Below, piece after piece: positions 35,505 to 48,540 of a DNA stretch of 64,000 nucleotides. A model generated the notes under the pieces. It was not told the DNA's origin. It did not search any database and worked only from the letters and a program-made list of their open reading frames with translations. A program made the position numbers and the translations under genes. This stretch comes from Malacoraja senta (taxonomy: Eukaryota): the NCBI GenBank assembly GCA_038087875.1, contig CM075988.1:2666001-2730000 (forward strand), in the 5' to 3' direction. Each line of letters starts with the position of its first letter. The first letter of the stretch is position 1.

Positions 35505-35815
35505 TTGGTTTAGTTTAGAGATCCAGCACGGAAACAAGCTCTTTGGCCCACCGAGTCCGCACCGATCAGCGATCACCCCGTACACTCGCACTATCCTACA
35601 CACGCTAGGGACAATATCGAATCTTTACTAAAGCCAATTAACCTACAAAGCTGTATGTCTTTGGAGTGCGGTAGGGAACCGGAGCACCCGGAGAAAACCT
35701 ATGCAGGTCACAGGGAGAACTAATACAAACTCCGTACAGACAGCACCCCGTAGTCAGGATTTAACCCGAGTTTCTGCCGCTGTAAGGCAGCAATTCTACC
35801 GCTGCGCCGCCGTGT
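35505..35815 (-). mobile_element. V-SINE (HE1-like)
   Basis: Full head, core and tail. Confidence 0.87.
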
Positions 35816-36922
35816 CGTGCCACTCACTTTGCATCTTTCTCCACGGATGCTGCCTGTTCCGCTGATTTACTCCAGCATTAGCTGCCTGCGAAGTATTACC
35901 AGCATTTGTTGTTTTTGTTTCAGGTTTCCATTTTATTGATTTTCAATATCTCTCTGCACTCTCTCAAGTTTCAAGTTTCAAGTTTATTTTATTCGTCACA
36001 CACACATACGAGATGTGCAGTGAAATGAAAAGTGGCAATGCTCGCGAATTGTGCAAAAAACAGACAAACAAACTACAAACAGAATGGAACGGAAACACAT
36101 ATTCACATATTACATATTTGTGGGAGGGAGGGAAGAAAAAGGAAAAAAAACAGCAATTTAAAAAAAGACACCACACAACAGTAAATTGGTTCAGTAAAGT
36201 TGGTCCCTGGAGAGATAGGAGATAGAGATCAGACGTCCCTATGTCTCCTGAAGCAACTGTCCAACACTGGAACCAGGCCTCATTACGCAAGCCTCATGAT
36301 CAGCGGCTCAGTGACCAACTCAATCCTACTGATGCTTTGAACGTGAGACACAAACCGTCTCCCTCATGGGATTAGATGATTGCGGTGAACTGGGCGTTCC
36401 CTTCCTATTCGGCTGGGTCCTGTGCGCATCACCCTGACTCCACTATAGCCCCCTGCCCAGATTCCAGGCTCAGTAGCGCCAGGTTATTCACCAGGGCTAC
36501 CCACAGAGTTCCCTTCCTCCAGCCAGCATCAACCAGCCAACGGTCCATCAGAGCACATGGCACCCTGAGATGGACTTGTGCCTCCAGAGATGGGCTCGCA
36601 AATATTTTATGCAGGTGTGAAAATAACTCTGTGCCTTTGTACTCTTCTTGCTTATGCCTCTCTATGAATCCCAGGATCCCACATGTAACAACTCTCAATG
36701 TTTCCCAATAATGCTGAAGATTTCTATGCATCCATGTCCAGCTCCCCCTGCTCAAGCACATCCTTTGAAACCCACCATTGCAGCCTACAGCCCTTTCTTC
36801 TGACATAAAGGAATTTCCTCTTTCCCTGTCACGGGCCCACTGGTCCAGCCACCTACATCGTCTTGCTGCTTATCACTGCATCCCCACTCTTTATTCACCT
36901 CCACGTCTAGTGTGTCTGGGAA

Positions 36923-38745
36923 TGTTAAAACAAATGTAGGTTCCTTGCAGTCAGAAACAGGTGAATTGATCATGGGAACAAGGACATGGCAGACCAATTG
37001 AATAAATACTTTGGTTCTGTCTTCACTAAGGAAGACATAAATAATCTGCCGGAAATAGCAGGGGACCGCGGGTCAAATGAGATAGAGGAACTGAGAGAAA
37101 TCCAGTGGTGTTAGGTAAATTGAATGGATTAAAGGCAGATAAATCCCCAGGGCCAGATAGGCTGCATCCCAGAGTACTTAAGGAAGTAGCCCCAGTAATA
37201 GTGGATGCATTATTGATAATTTTTCAAAACTCCTTAGATTCTGTAGTAGTTCCTGAGGATTGGAGGGTAGCTAATGTAACCCCCCCTTTTTAAAAAGGGA
37301 GGGAGAGAGAAAACAGGGAATTACAGACCACTTAGTCTAACATCGGTAGTGGGGAAACTGCTAGAGTCAGTTATTAAAGATGGGATAGCAGCACATTTGG
37401 AAAGTGGTGAAATCATTGGGCAAAGTCAGCATGGATTTACGAAAGGTAAATCATGTCTGACGAATCTTATAGAATTTTTCGAGGATGCAACGTAGAGTGG
37501 ATAAGGGAGAACCAGTGGATGTGTTATATCTGGACTTTCAGAAGGCTTTCGACAAGGTCCCACATAAGAGATTAGTATACAAACTTAAAGCACACGGTAT
37601 TGGGGGTTCAGTATTAATGTGGATAGAGAACTGGCTGGCAAACAGGAAGCAAAGAGTAGGAGTAAATGATCCTTTTCAGAATGGCAGGCAGTGACTAGTG
37701 GGGTACTGCAAGGCTCAGTGCTGGGACCCCAGCTATTTACAATATATATTAATGATTTGGACGAGGGAATTGAATGCAACATCTCCAAGTTTGCGGATGA
37801 CACGAAGCTGGGAGGGCAGTGTTAGCTGTGAGGGAGGATGCTAGGAGGCTGCAAGGTGACTTGGATAGGCTGGGTGAGTGGGCAAATGCATTGCAGATGC
37901 AGTATTGCAGATGCAGTATAATGTGGATAAATGTGAGGTTATCCACTTTGGTGGCAAAAACAGGAAAGTAGACTATTATCTAAATGGTGGCCGATTAGAA
38001 AAAGGGGAGATGCAACGAGACCTGGTTGTCATGGTACACCAGTTATTGAAAGTAGGCATGCAGGTGCAGCAGGCAGTGAAGAAAGCGAATGGTATGTTAG
38101 CATTCATAGCAAAAGGATTTGAGTATAGGAGCAGGGAGGTTCTACTGCAGTTGTACAGGGTCTTGGTGAGACCACACCTGGAGTATTGCGTACAGTTTTG
38201 GTCTTCAAATCTGAGGAAAGACATTCTTGCCATAGAGGGAGTACAGAGAAGGTTCACCAGATTGATTCCTGGGATGTCAGGACTTTCATATGAAGAAAGA
38301 CTGGATAGACTCGGCTTGTACTCGCTAGAATTTAGAAGATTGAGGGGGGATCTTATAGAAACTTACAAAATTCTTAAGGGGTTGGACAGGCTAGATGCAG
38401 GAAGATTGTTCCCGATGTTGGGGAAGTCCAGGACAAGGGGTCACAGTTTAAGGATTAAGGGGAAATCCTTTAGGACTGAGATGAGAAAAACATTTTTCAC
38501 ACAGAGAGTGGTGAATCTCTGGAACTCTCTGCCACAGAAGGTAGTTGAGGCCAGTTCATTGGCTATATTTAAGAGGGAGTTAGATGTGGCCCTTGTGGCT
38601 AAAGGGATCAGGGGGTATGGAGAGAAGGCAGGTACAGGATACTGAGTTGGATGATCAGCCATGATCATATTGAATGGCGGTGCAGGCTCGAAGGGCCGAA
38701 TGGCCTACTCCTGCACCTATTTTGTATGTTTCTATGTTTCTATGT
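36923..38745 (+). mobile_element. CR1 LINE, 5'-truncated, frameshifted RT
   Basis: KSPGPDRLHPRVLKE, DFQKAFDKVPH, FADD, full C-terminus and (TTTCTATG)n tail. Confidence 0.95.
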
Positions 38746-39239
38746 TACCCTCTGTGTTCTTGGTCATACGGGGTCCCCCTTTATTTGGTGCCTGCCTCCA
38801 TGTAATAAACACTACCCATCCATTATTAATGCTAACTACAAACCCATGCTGTGAGTGCGTACAATTCCTATTCCAAACACGTCCCATTAACACATTCCTG
38901 CATTCACAGAACCTTGGCCTCTGCGACACTGAGGAACACAAACAGTGAAGTGGGGAACTGGGAATTTACCTGGCCCTGTTTTGGAAATAATTGCAGGCAT
39001 GTTTTAATATGATTTATATCCTGCATCAGAGCAGGAAATGAACAGTCTGCTTCATTACACAGTGCAAGTCGTGACATGAAGAGCTGACAATAAAATGTGA
39101 AAGTCACCCATCTCCTGTCACATTCTCTGAATATTCATTACCATCAGGACGTGTGTTGTCAGAATCCCATTATGTCTTTGGGCCGGCGTCTCAGCTGCTG
39201 CACCCTCGGCAATCTCGTCTCCGGCAAGGAGGCTGGGCA

Positions 39240-39600
39240 GTACGGGGTCATGCCCTGGCCCCAGGAGATGGGTACGTCACCGGGACCCCAGGGTGTGGGT
39301 ACATTACTGGGGACTCAGGGGGTGGCTAAACACCGGACCTCAGGGGTTGGGTAGGTTACTGGGGACCCAGGGGCTGATTACATTACAGAGACAGACCCCA
39401 AGGGGGTGGGTATGTTACCATGACCCCCAGAGGGCTGGGTTAACATCGGACTGCCAGGGCTCTATACATTATTAGGACACCAGGGGGTGAGTACTTTACT
39501 TGTGACTTAGGGGGCTTGGAATGTTACTGGATCCCTAGGGGCTGTATACATTATCGGGACCCCAGGGGGTGGGTATGTTACGGGGATCTCAGGATCCTGT
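39240..39600. repeat. Degenerate tandem repeat of about 28-30 bp
   Basis: Recurrent GGGACCCCAGGGG..GGGTACRTTAC units. Confidence 0.7.
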
Positions 39601-40399
39601 GCGTGTTACCAGGAGCTCCAGCCCTTCTCCTCCTGCATGTTTGATGAATCTGCTGATGTTAACCTGCAATCAGTCGGTGGGTGGACAGGAGAGTTTTTGT
39701 TGTGGTTGTGACCTGTGACCTTCTAACTACAGTCTTTCAGCCGCAGATATGGGCCTACCCCTCACCAGGGCCTTCATCACAGTCCTAGTCTTGGGGAACG
39801 AATGCAACTAATGTTGACCCTTCTAGTGTGGTCAGTGATTACCCCCACATGGCACCATATGGGACCTGCGCTAGAAACCCAGTGATGGGCACCAATTGGA
39901 GGCAGATGGTTTCCTCGTTGGGCAAGCCTGCCTCAACCATCCACATGGTAGTGAGGTCCAGGGGTAAAACGGTGCAACCATCACAACCACGTCCCCTCCA
40001 CGACAATCCAACAGGCCTTGAGGTGAAGTCAGCAACGGGTTGACACACCTCAAATTCCCAAGCAAGCAGGTCTTCATAAAGACCAGTTCCTTCCACCTTC
40101 CAGTGATTCCAACGGTACGTTCTCCACCCAAAGTGTTCTGATTGTCTACATTGTCGATGCCTCTTGTAACTTTATGTAATTCTATCTGGTCTCCCCTCAG
40201 CATCTGATGTTCCAAAGGGAACAATCCAAATTTGTCTAATCTCTCTTTATAATTAATCCTCCCTAATGCAGGCAGCATCACTCTTTCCAAAGCCTCCACT
40301 TCCTTCCTGTAATGGGGCGACCAGGCCAGAGCTTTAGCCGATCTTTGTTGTTGGTCTTCCTCCTCTTAGCAGTTCCTCCTCTTTATACCAGGGTTGCAG

Positions 40400-41215
40400 T
40401 TTTTTTTTTTTCATACAAAAAGCTTTTATTCAGAACAAACAAAAATACAAAGTAGTAACACGATCAAAGAATGCCGATATTGGCATTTTACAAACAAAGT
40501 TATCAAATTAATATATTAAAATTTTTATCAACAATACATTCGACCTCCCGCGGTGACCAGCGTTCACGGAAGGCCTCCAGAATCCTCGTGGACACCGCGT
40601 GATCCCTCTCCAGGGACACGCGGGCACGGACGTAACCCCGGAAAAGGGGCAGGTAGCCGACCGCTGTGCGGCCGTGGACTGCCCGCTGCCTTGACCCGCG
40701 AATGGCGGGTGCCCAAAAAACAATAGCGTCCGGCTAAAATAGAGCCAAAACTTGAGGAGCAGCCCCTTCAGATACTCGAACAGGGGCTGGAACCTCGAAC
40801 ACTCCATGTAGACGTGGAACATGGTCTCTTCCTCGCCGCAGAAGTGACAGGCGGTGGTCGAGGAAGAGACCGTGTTCTCTTCCTCATCCGCTTTGTGCAA
40901 CACTCTCCACCCCAGGTCCCCAATGTAAAGGGGGAGGACTCCCTTGTAGAGAGACCTCCACAGGGGACCGCTCCCTCGTCAGGTGGTAACACAGACCGCC
41001 AGGGTGTGTCTGGACGGAAGACGAGGGCAAGGAAGTGGAGAGTGTGCAAGAGCAGCCTGTACAACACGCGCCTCTCTGCATCACAGAACCGCACGCTGGG
41101 CATCTCGGAATGGCGGCTCATGTTGCGTGGGGTCGGCTCTCGGGGAGGGAACCAGGGTTGCAGTAGGAGTGAGTGGTTCAGCGATGGTCGGTCGCAAGAC
41201 TGGAAGCTTTCAAAG
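40400..41215 (-). mobile_element. Tx1/L1-clade LINE 3' end with CCHC zinc finger and poly(A)
   Basis: CHFCGEEETMFHVYMEC (C-x2-C-x7-H-x4-C); AATAAA and A-tail at about 40400-40430. Confidence 0.8.
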
Positions 41216-42748
41216 CAACGGAGTGGAAGGAGTTTGTCGATGACCTTGCTTGCACTCACATTGTGTGATGATGACAATGTGTCCCCGTTGACAATGAAGA
41301 CAGCAGTCATCTGTGTACACGTCCTTATCTAGACACTGTCTGACTCAACTGATATTTCAAGAAGGGATGGAATGGAAATGCTGTTATACTCTGGTGGTGA
41401 TTGTGCCGACTGGAAACTGTCTGTGCTGTCTCCTGCGGCACTTCCTGCAGGGAAGGGGCGAGGGTGTAAGACCATCCAGCGATCGTGAAGTCCACATCTA
41501 TCAAATGTTTCACTAAGGTTGACAGAACAGCACATCCTGTACCTCCCCTGGATCCTTCCAGCTTCCCACATCTATCCAGATGTGTGCCTCCTCACTACAG
41601 GACCTTCACCAACCCTGTCCTCCCCTGGATCCACCCTCTTCACCCAACCACCAAATCCTTACCTCAACTTTTGCCCTATCCTTGCCCTCAGCCATCACCC
41701 CAAACCTTGGCTCCTCACACACTACCCCTTCACTCCCCTCAACCCGTCCCACACGCACTACTCCATCCTGTAACTCAACCCTTCACTCATTCCTCAAACC
41801 ATTCCCTCATCCCTCAGCCCATCCCCTGAACCCAACATCTCACCCTGACCAGGTCCCTCCACTCACCTTGACCATTGCTCACCCTCAACACCCTCTTCCC
41901 TCAACACACAACCTCTCGCTCACCCTTCCCTTCCCTAGTAAGCTTCCCTACACATCCTGCACCAACCCAAATTAAGGTAACATCTAACAACCCCCCCCTT
42001 CCCTTCCCCTTCCTCCCCCCCCTCCCCACCCCAACATAAATCAATACCAATACCATCAGCACACAAGCTCTATCAGGACCAAAGAACAGGAAGGCAGCAT
42101 CCGTGGAGAGAGAAGCATCAGAGGGAAATCAGATACTTGGCAAAGTGATAAACTAGATGCAAAGAACGAGGAAAGGGTAAAACAAAAATGTAAGATAGGA
42201 GAGGGCGGAGGGCAGGAGTGGCGTCATTCTCGGTAGGGTGACAGTGCAAGGCAAGGGTGGGTGGTGGAGGGGTGGTGACGGATGTGATGAAACAAGTGTT
42301 CCATGCAGGAGAGCTACAGGTGGGAGAGTGACCTGAAGGAAATATCCAGATGCTGAAAATCTGATACTTTTAACTATGAAGGTAACTATTAACCAAATGC
42401 TGACACCCAGTGAAGGGTGGGAGGAAGATCTATTTCCTCTACTCTACATGAACCCGAAGAAGGGTCCCAACCCGAAACGTCACCTATCCACGTTCTCCAG
42501 AGATTCTGCCTGACCCGCTGAGTTACTCCAGCACTGTGAGGTTTTTTCTACGTAACCCCTTTCTCCTGAGAAAGTTAACTTTCCTTTTTACTGCACAATT
42601 AACGGCACACTGAAGAAAAGCTGTTCCCAATAAAAGCAGGGCCAATTTTTAAGTGGAGTGTAGTGGGTGGAGGAGTTGGGCAGCAGCTGTGGCCATAAAA
42701 CCTGTCTCACGTGTACAGCTGTGTAGCGACCAGCCTGACTGACAGAGG

Positions 42749-43530
42749 CAGGGGTGGAAATCCTGGGGGGTACAGGGGGGATACGCCCCCCCCCCAGCTT
42801 TGAGAGGTGGGGGACGACCCCCCCCCCCCCCATGTTTTGTCATCCGGACTTTATCAGCTGCAGGGGCCTTTCGCGGGCCTTTCAACGCACGTCGTGGCAT
42901 AAAATCAAACTGCTGCATCGAGGTTCCCCATGTTGAAGCCTCCGCCGGCCGATGAAAGACCCCATGAGCGGGCCGATTCAAGCCCACGGCCGAAGCCTCG
43001 CATGCATCTCACTCTCTCCTCCAGCCCAGCGCGCCGCTTGACTCGGGGGTGATTCGGTACATCGTGGAGTCGGTGCCCGATGAGCAGAGGGAACCGGGAC
43101 TGGGTCACCACCAGGGATGCGGTTCTCTATCTGGAAGACGGAGGGTCTGCTGCGGCTGCTGGCAGGTACACAGAGAGAGAGAGAGGCCACTCGTCCTGCG
43201 CGTTGCTGCTGCCTCACAGTGCCAGGGACACGGGTTTAGATCCTGGCTCCGGGCGCTGTCTGTACGGAGTCTTTTTCTCCCCACTAGCGCCTTGTCTGAT
43301 GTTGATCTCACCCTTGTTGCTGAACAGACCGAGCACCAGCACCGAGTGCTCGCTCCGCCACCTCTCTCGCTTAAGTTTATTTTGACAGTGGGTCTCCACA
43401 GGGCCCACGGCTGAAGCCTCCGAAGCCTCGCGCGTGTGTGTGTGAGTGTGCGCATGCGCATGCGCGAGCGGCCGCCAAGAAATTGTGTCCCCCGGTCCCC
43501 CCCATGTTTTGATAGCGATTTCCGTGCCTG
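42749..43530. mobile_element. Non-autonomous hAT-type DNA transposon, 782 bp
   Basis: 8-bp TSD GACAGAGG at 42741-42748 and 43531-43538; imperfect 14-bp TIRs CAGGGGTGGAAATC / GATTTCCGTGCCTG (11/14); no transposase. Confidence 0.85.
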
Positions 43531-43671
43531 GACAGAGGAAGTCTCCAATCACCCCCACTCTGCCTGGGAATAACAAGTCAGCCCATGTTAGCTGGTAAGA
43601 TATCACAATGGCTACATTACTGGGAAACCTCGTCCATTGATGCTGCATCAACTCTCTGTGTCCCACCTCCT

Positions 43672-44258
43672 ACAAATACAATACAAATACAAATTGACTT
43701 TATTGTCATTCAAACAAACAGGTTTGAATGAAATTTCGTTCCCTGCAGTCATAACAGTAAAATAAACTTCCCACACAATGAGCACAGTTTCACACTAACA
43801 TCACTCACAGTGAACCTCACTGTGATGGAAGGCAAAGTCTTATCTCTTCCCTGTTTGAGGCGATCGAGGCTCTTGATGTTAAAGCCCTCGGCGGGCGTTG
43901 GTAAGTCCTGCTTAAGCCGCACCGGGCGATGTAATGCCCTGCGACGGGCCGATTCAAACCCTGCGATTCGGGACGGGCAAAGTTGCCATTGCAGGAGCTC
44001 CCGTAAATCGGTCTCCCACCAGGGACCTGAAAGCTCCGCAGTCGGGTTGCCGCCGCGCCATCACAGCCTCCGAGTCAGCCAGTTCCGTGATGGTAAGTGA
44101 GTCCAATGGTAAGTGAGTAGGTGAGTCTGCAGGCTCTGCGACTGGAGCCCTCAGGTCGATTCCGGTGGAGGCTGCCAGCTCCACGATGTTAGGCCCCCAG
44201 CGAAATGGAGACACGACAAGGAAAAGGTCTCCGTTCAAGGAAGAGATTAAAAAGTTTA
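43672..44258 (-). mobile_element. CpG-rich non-autonomous retroposon related to 15638-16430
   Basis: Shared modules GGCCTAACATCGTGGAGCTG, GCCTTCCATCACAGTGAGG and TATGACTGCAGG..AATTTC..GAATGACAATAAAG; (TATTTG)n tail. Confidence 0.75.
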
Positions 44259-44260
44259 AA

Positions 44261-44825
44261 AGCGGATGCAACAGATGAGGTTGGAGGAGGACACAAGCAG
44301 TCGTTCCAGGTGCGACAGAGGTTCACCTGCACCTCCTCCAACCTCATCTATTGCATCCGCTGCTCTAGATGTCAGCTGATCTACATCGGTGAGACCAAGC
44401 GTAGGCTTGGCGATTGTTTCGCCGAACACCTCCGCTCGGTCCGCATTAACCAACCTGATCTCCCTGTGGCTCAGCACTTCAACTCCCCCTCCCATTCCGA
44501 ATCTGACCGTTCTGTCATGGGCCTCCTCCATGGCCAGAGTGAGCACCACTGGAAACTTGAGGAGCAGCACCTCATATTCCACTTGGGCAGTCTGTATCCC
44601 GGTGGCCTGAACATTGACTACGCCAATTTCCGGTAGCCCTTGCTGTCTCCTCCCCTTCCCAGCTCTCCCTCAGCCCTCTGGCTCCTCCTCTTCTTTTCTT
44701 CTTCCCGCACCCCCACCCCACCCTGCATCAGTCCGAAGAAGGGTTTCGGCCCGAAACGTTGCCTATTTCCTTCGCTCCATAGATGCTGCCGCACCCGCTG
44801 AGTTTCTCCAGCAATTTTGTCTACC
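44261..44825 (+). mobile_element. 5'-truncated Penelope copy (GIY-YIG plus tail) with a 30-bp inverted 5' segment
   Basis: KQSFQVRQRFTC..IYIGETKRRLGD, nearly identical to the C-terminus of the 18432-21209 ORF; 44261-44290 is the reverse complement of 44332-44361 (1 mismatch). Confidence 0.92.
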
Positions 44826-46002
44826 CAACACGTTGTCTGTCCATTCCCACCACAGAGGTTGCCTGACCCGCTGAGTTCCTCCAGCACTTTGTGTTTCATT
44901 CTGTCTACCCTAACTGTGCCTCTAATCATTTTTTGTCAACTTCTATCAGGACTTCCCTCAACCTTTTATCTACCAGCAAAAACAATCCAAGTTTGTCCAA
45001 TCTTTCCTTTTCGCTAACACCCTCTAATCACGTAAACCTCTTCTGCACCCTACCCAAATCCTCCACATCTTTCCTGCAATGTGGTGACCAGAACTGCATA
45101 CAGTATCTGCACATGTACAGCAGCAGATTGCCTGACTCTTATACTCAATCACAGCTGCCCCCACTGAGGTAGTCCGGGGACTGAACAATCTGCTCACATT
45201 ACAATTCACTCCGTATGCTCATTTACCTTTTTTTTTTTTACTGCATATCAATAAAGTTAATCAGCAAAAGTTAACAATCTGAAAATAGTAAAATAATTTA
45301 AGATCAATGATGAAATGATCTTGGATCAAAAAAACAGGCTGTTATTGAGTCTGCAGAACTGACAGGAGTTTTAATAATGGTTTCAAACCAATGATACTGT
45401 CTGACATATGCAAACATGATTGATAATCACCATTTAAAATGAAGAATCTGCTCTTTGATTCCATTATTTGAAGCAGGGATGTACTGTAGTTGCCTTGGAA
45501 CCTGTGTAGAGAGGGTTCACTGGGCTGGTTGCTGGGATGAATAGAGTTGTACCACAAAAAGACTGAGTGAAATAGGTGGAGACTGACTGGGGTGAGAAGG
45601 CTGGAGACTGGAGTTAGTAGACTGGGCACTGTGGAGTGAGAGGGCTGGAGACTGATCGGAAGGCTGGAAGCTGAATCCCCCTGAGATACACATGTTCTCA
45701 GATAGAGAGCAACCAGGGATGCTGAGAGTCCACACTGGCCATTGATCACCCGTTCACACTAGTTCTCTGTTTTCTACCTACTCCCAAGTCATCCCTCCCC
45801 CTCAGCCTTTCCCTCAGCCCCAACCCTTCTATTAACTTTTCACCCACCTTGTCCTTCCTGACTCCTGACCTTTTCTCGCCCTGACTCTTCTATCCCTCAC
45901 CTCACACTCACCTTTCAAACTTTTCCTCTCTTCTGCCTCTTGCATCAATCAACAAACTATCAGCCCCTAACCCATTCCTGTTGGAGACAGGTAGCTCACA
46001 TC

Positions 46003-46243
46003 TGTTCTACGTTATCCCACTTTCTCAGCCACTCCCTGCGTACCAGGGCCAATTTACAGAGGGCCAATTAACCTACAAACCCGCACGTCTTTGAGATATT
46101 GGAGGTAACTAGAGCACCCGGAGGAAACACACGCGGTCACAGGGAGAACGTGCAAACTCCACACAGACAGTACCCAAGGTCAGGATCAAAGTCGGGTCTC
46201 TGGCGCTGTGAGTCAACAGTTCTACCACCTGCGCTACTGTGTC
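46003..46243 (-). mobile_element. V-SINE (HE1-like)
   Basis: Head and core similarity. Confidence 0.8.
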
Positions 46244-46373
46244 ATCATAATACATTCACATTACAACTCACTCTACACTATCATCTTCCTTTTTCCTGTT
46301 GAAAGGTGGAGTGGGACCAAGAACTGGCATGGTCTACTCCTTCTCCAATTTCTCACGCTCTAATTAAAAGAGA

Positions 46374-46557
46374 GACACAAGGTGCAGGAGTAACTCAGCG
46401 GGCAGGCAGCATCCCCAGATAACATGGACAGGTGACGTTTCGGGTTGAGACCCTTTTCAGACTACAGTGCAGTTTGAAGAAGGATCTCAACCCGAAACGT
46501 CACCGATCCATGTCCTCCAGTGATGCTGCCTGACCTGCTGAGTTACTCCAGCACTTT
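46374..46557. mobile_element. Penelope-tail-derived palindromic short element with head-to-head hammerhead remnants
   Basis: Arms about 46379-46463 and 46471-46557 with a 7-nt spacer. Confidence 0.85.
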
Positions 46558-46647
46558 CATTAAATGACTAAAAACTCCAGTTAGTGGTTGTCAATGCTTA
46601 AAGCTGCATACTTCTTCTGCAGGGCCTGACAGAAAGTTCTGATTTAA

Positions 46648-46912
46648 TTTAGTTTAGTTTAGGGATACAATGTGGAAACAGGCCCTTCGAACCACCGAGT
46701 CCGCACCGATCGACGACCACCGTGTACTTACACTATCCTATACACACGAGGGACAATTTAAAATGTGGGAGGAAACCTGAGTACACAGGGAAAACCCACG
46801 CAGGTCACAGGGAGAGCGTATAAACTCCGTACAGGCAGCACCCGTAGTCAGGATCGAACTTGGGTCTCTGGCGCTGTAAGGCAGCAACTCTACCGCTGCG
46901 TCACCATGCCGC
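46648..46912 (-). mobile_element. V-SINE (HE1-like)
   Basis: B box GTTCGATCC, (CTAAA)n tail. Confidence 0.85.
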
Positions 46913-47142
46913 CCCAAGTGGCCGTTCATGGCCGCCACATGGGGAAGCTGTGACCCTGCACCACACCTGTCACGAACGATTCTCCAGCCCTGCATCCTGA
47001 CCTATTCCAGTCGTCTCATTCACTCGAGCCCAGGAAATGAAACTGGAGATTGCCAGACCTTTAGCCTCTATCCCCGAGACAACAGCAATGCCCAATACCC
47101 CAAAACATTGAACATTGAACACCCATCCCCACTGCCTCCCAG

Positions 47143-47310
47143 TGACATTGAGGGGGAGGTTGTTGTCTTGGCACCAGGTTACCAGGTTCTCTATTTCCTT
47201 CCTGTACTCCGTCTCGTCATTATTTGATATCCGGCCCACTACGGTGGTGTCATCTGCAAAATTGTAAATTCATTGGATTGGTATTTGGCTGCGCGGTCAT
47301 GAATGTGTAA
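47143..47310 (-). mobile_element. Rex1/Babar RT core fragment
   Basis: FADDTTVVGRISNNDETEYRKEIENLVTWCQDNNLPLNV. Confidence 0.8.
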
Positions 47311-47542
47311 GGAGTATAATAGGAGTATAGTAGACTATATCTACCTTAGAAGCAGCACTCATCCAGTAACTGCTACTGGGCAATGTTATGTGTGGGATGG
47401 CCATTGCATAAAACCAATGACACAGATCAATGAGGGCACAAGGAGACCCTTCAGCCCAAGGTAGGAACAAGCCAGCCAGTCCCACACTACCGCCCTTCCC
47501 CAGAACCCTGCAAATTATTTCCTTTCATTTACTTACCCACTT

Positions 47543-47906
47543 ACTTATAAAATTCCTAGAGGATTGGACAGGGTAGATGCAGGAAAATTGTTCCAGATGT
47601 TGGGGGAGTCCAGAACTAGGGGTTACAGTTTAAGAATAAGGGGTAGGCCATTTAGGACCGGGATGAGGGGAAAAAACCTTTTCACCCAGAGAATTGTGAA
47701 TCTGTGGAATTCTCTGCCACAGAAGGCAGTGGAGTATAATTTACTGGATGTTTTCAAGAGAGAGTTAGATTTACTTCTTAGGGCTAAGGGAATCGAGGGA
47801 TATGGGGAAAAAGCCGGAACAGGGTACTGACTTTGGATGATCAGCCATGATCATATTGAATGGCTCGGGGCCGAATGGCCTAGTCCTGCACCTATTTTCT
47901 ATGTTT
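47543..47906 (+). mobile_element. CR1 LINE 3' end
   Basis: SRTRGYSLRIRG..FTQRIVNLWNSLP plus CR1 tail. Confidence 0.9.
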
Positions 47907-48232
47907 CCTTTTGAACACTGCAGTTGAATCTTCCCATGCTGGACTGTACACTCCATGCCCCAAACACACTTCATTAAATACATTCATATTTATTCATACT
48001 AGAGACAATCACTTTCATTCTCACTCCTCTTTTTCTTGACCCCCTTTGCCAATAGGAGAAGCTTCTCTCTATCTACACTGTCAATGCTCTTGATAATTGT
48101 AGCATTTCTATCCGATTTTCTTACGTCCATATTTAGGATCAAGAATCAATCCCAATGTCTCTAGTAAATCCATGTACGTAAAGTCCCTCATGCCTGGAAT
48201 CACTGGGATTCACCTCTTCTGCCCATTGTCAC

Positions 48233-48540
48233 AGAAACATTGAAAATAGGTGCAGGAGCAGGCCATTCGGCCCTTCGATCCAGCACCGCCATTCAATATG
48301 ATCATGGCTGATCATCTAAAATCAGTACCTCATTCCTGCTTTCTCCCCATATCCCTTGATTCCATTAGCCCTAAGAGCTATATCTAACTCTCTCTTGGAA
48401 ACATCCAGTGAATTGGCATCCACTGCCTTCTGTGGCAGAGAATTCTACAGATTCACAACTCTCTGGGTGAAAAAGTTTTTCCTTATCTCGGTCCTAAATG
48501 GCCTACCCCTTATTCTTAAGCTGTGACTGCTGGTTCTGGT
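48233..48540 (-). mobile_element. CR1 LINE 3' end
   Basis: HSLRIRGRPFRTEIRKNFFTQRVVNL plus tail. Confidence 0.88.

Noticed and set aside
36429..36806. 125-aa ORF as a host gene
   Set aside because: Contains a decayed CR1 motif (GILGFI..EYKG..L.K...P.LE)
33391..46500. Functional hammerheads at about 33391, 35177, 42453, 44732 and 46473
   Set aside because: Each has a substitution in the CUGAnGA or GAAA core; treated as remnants
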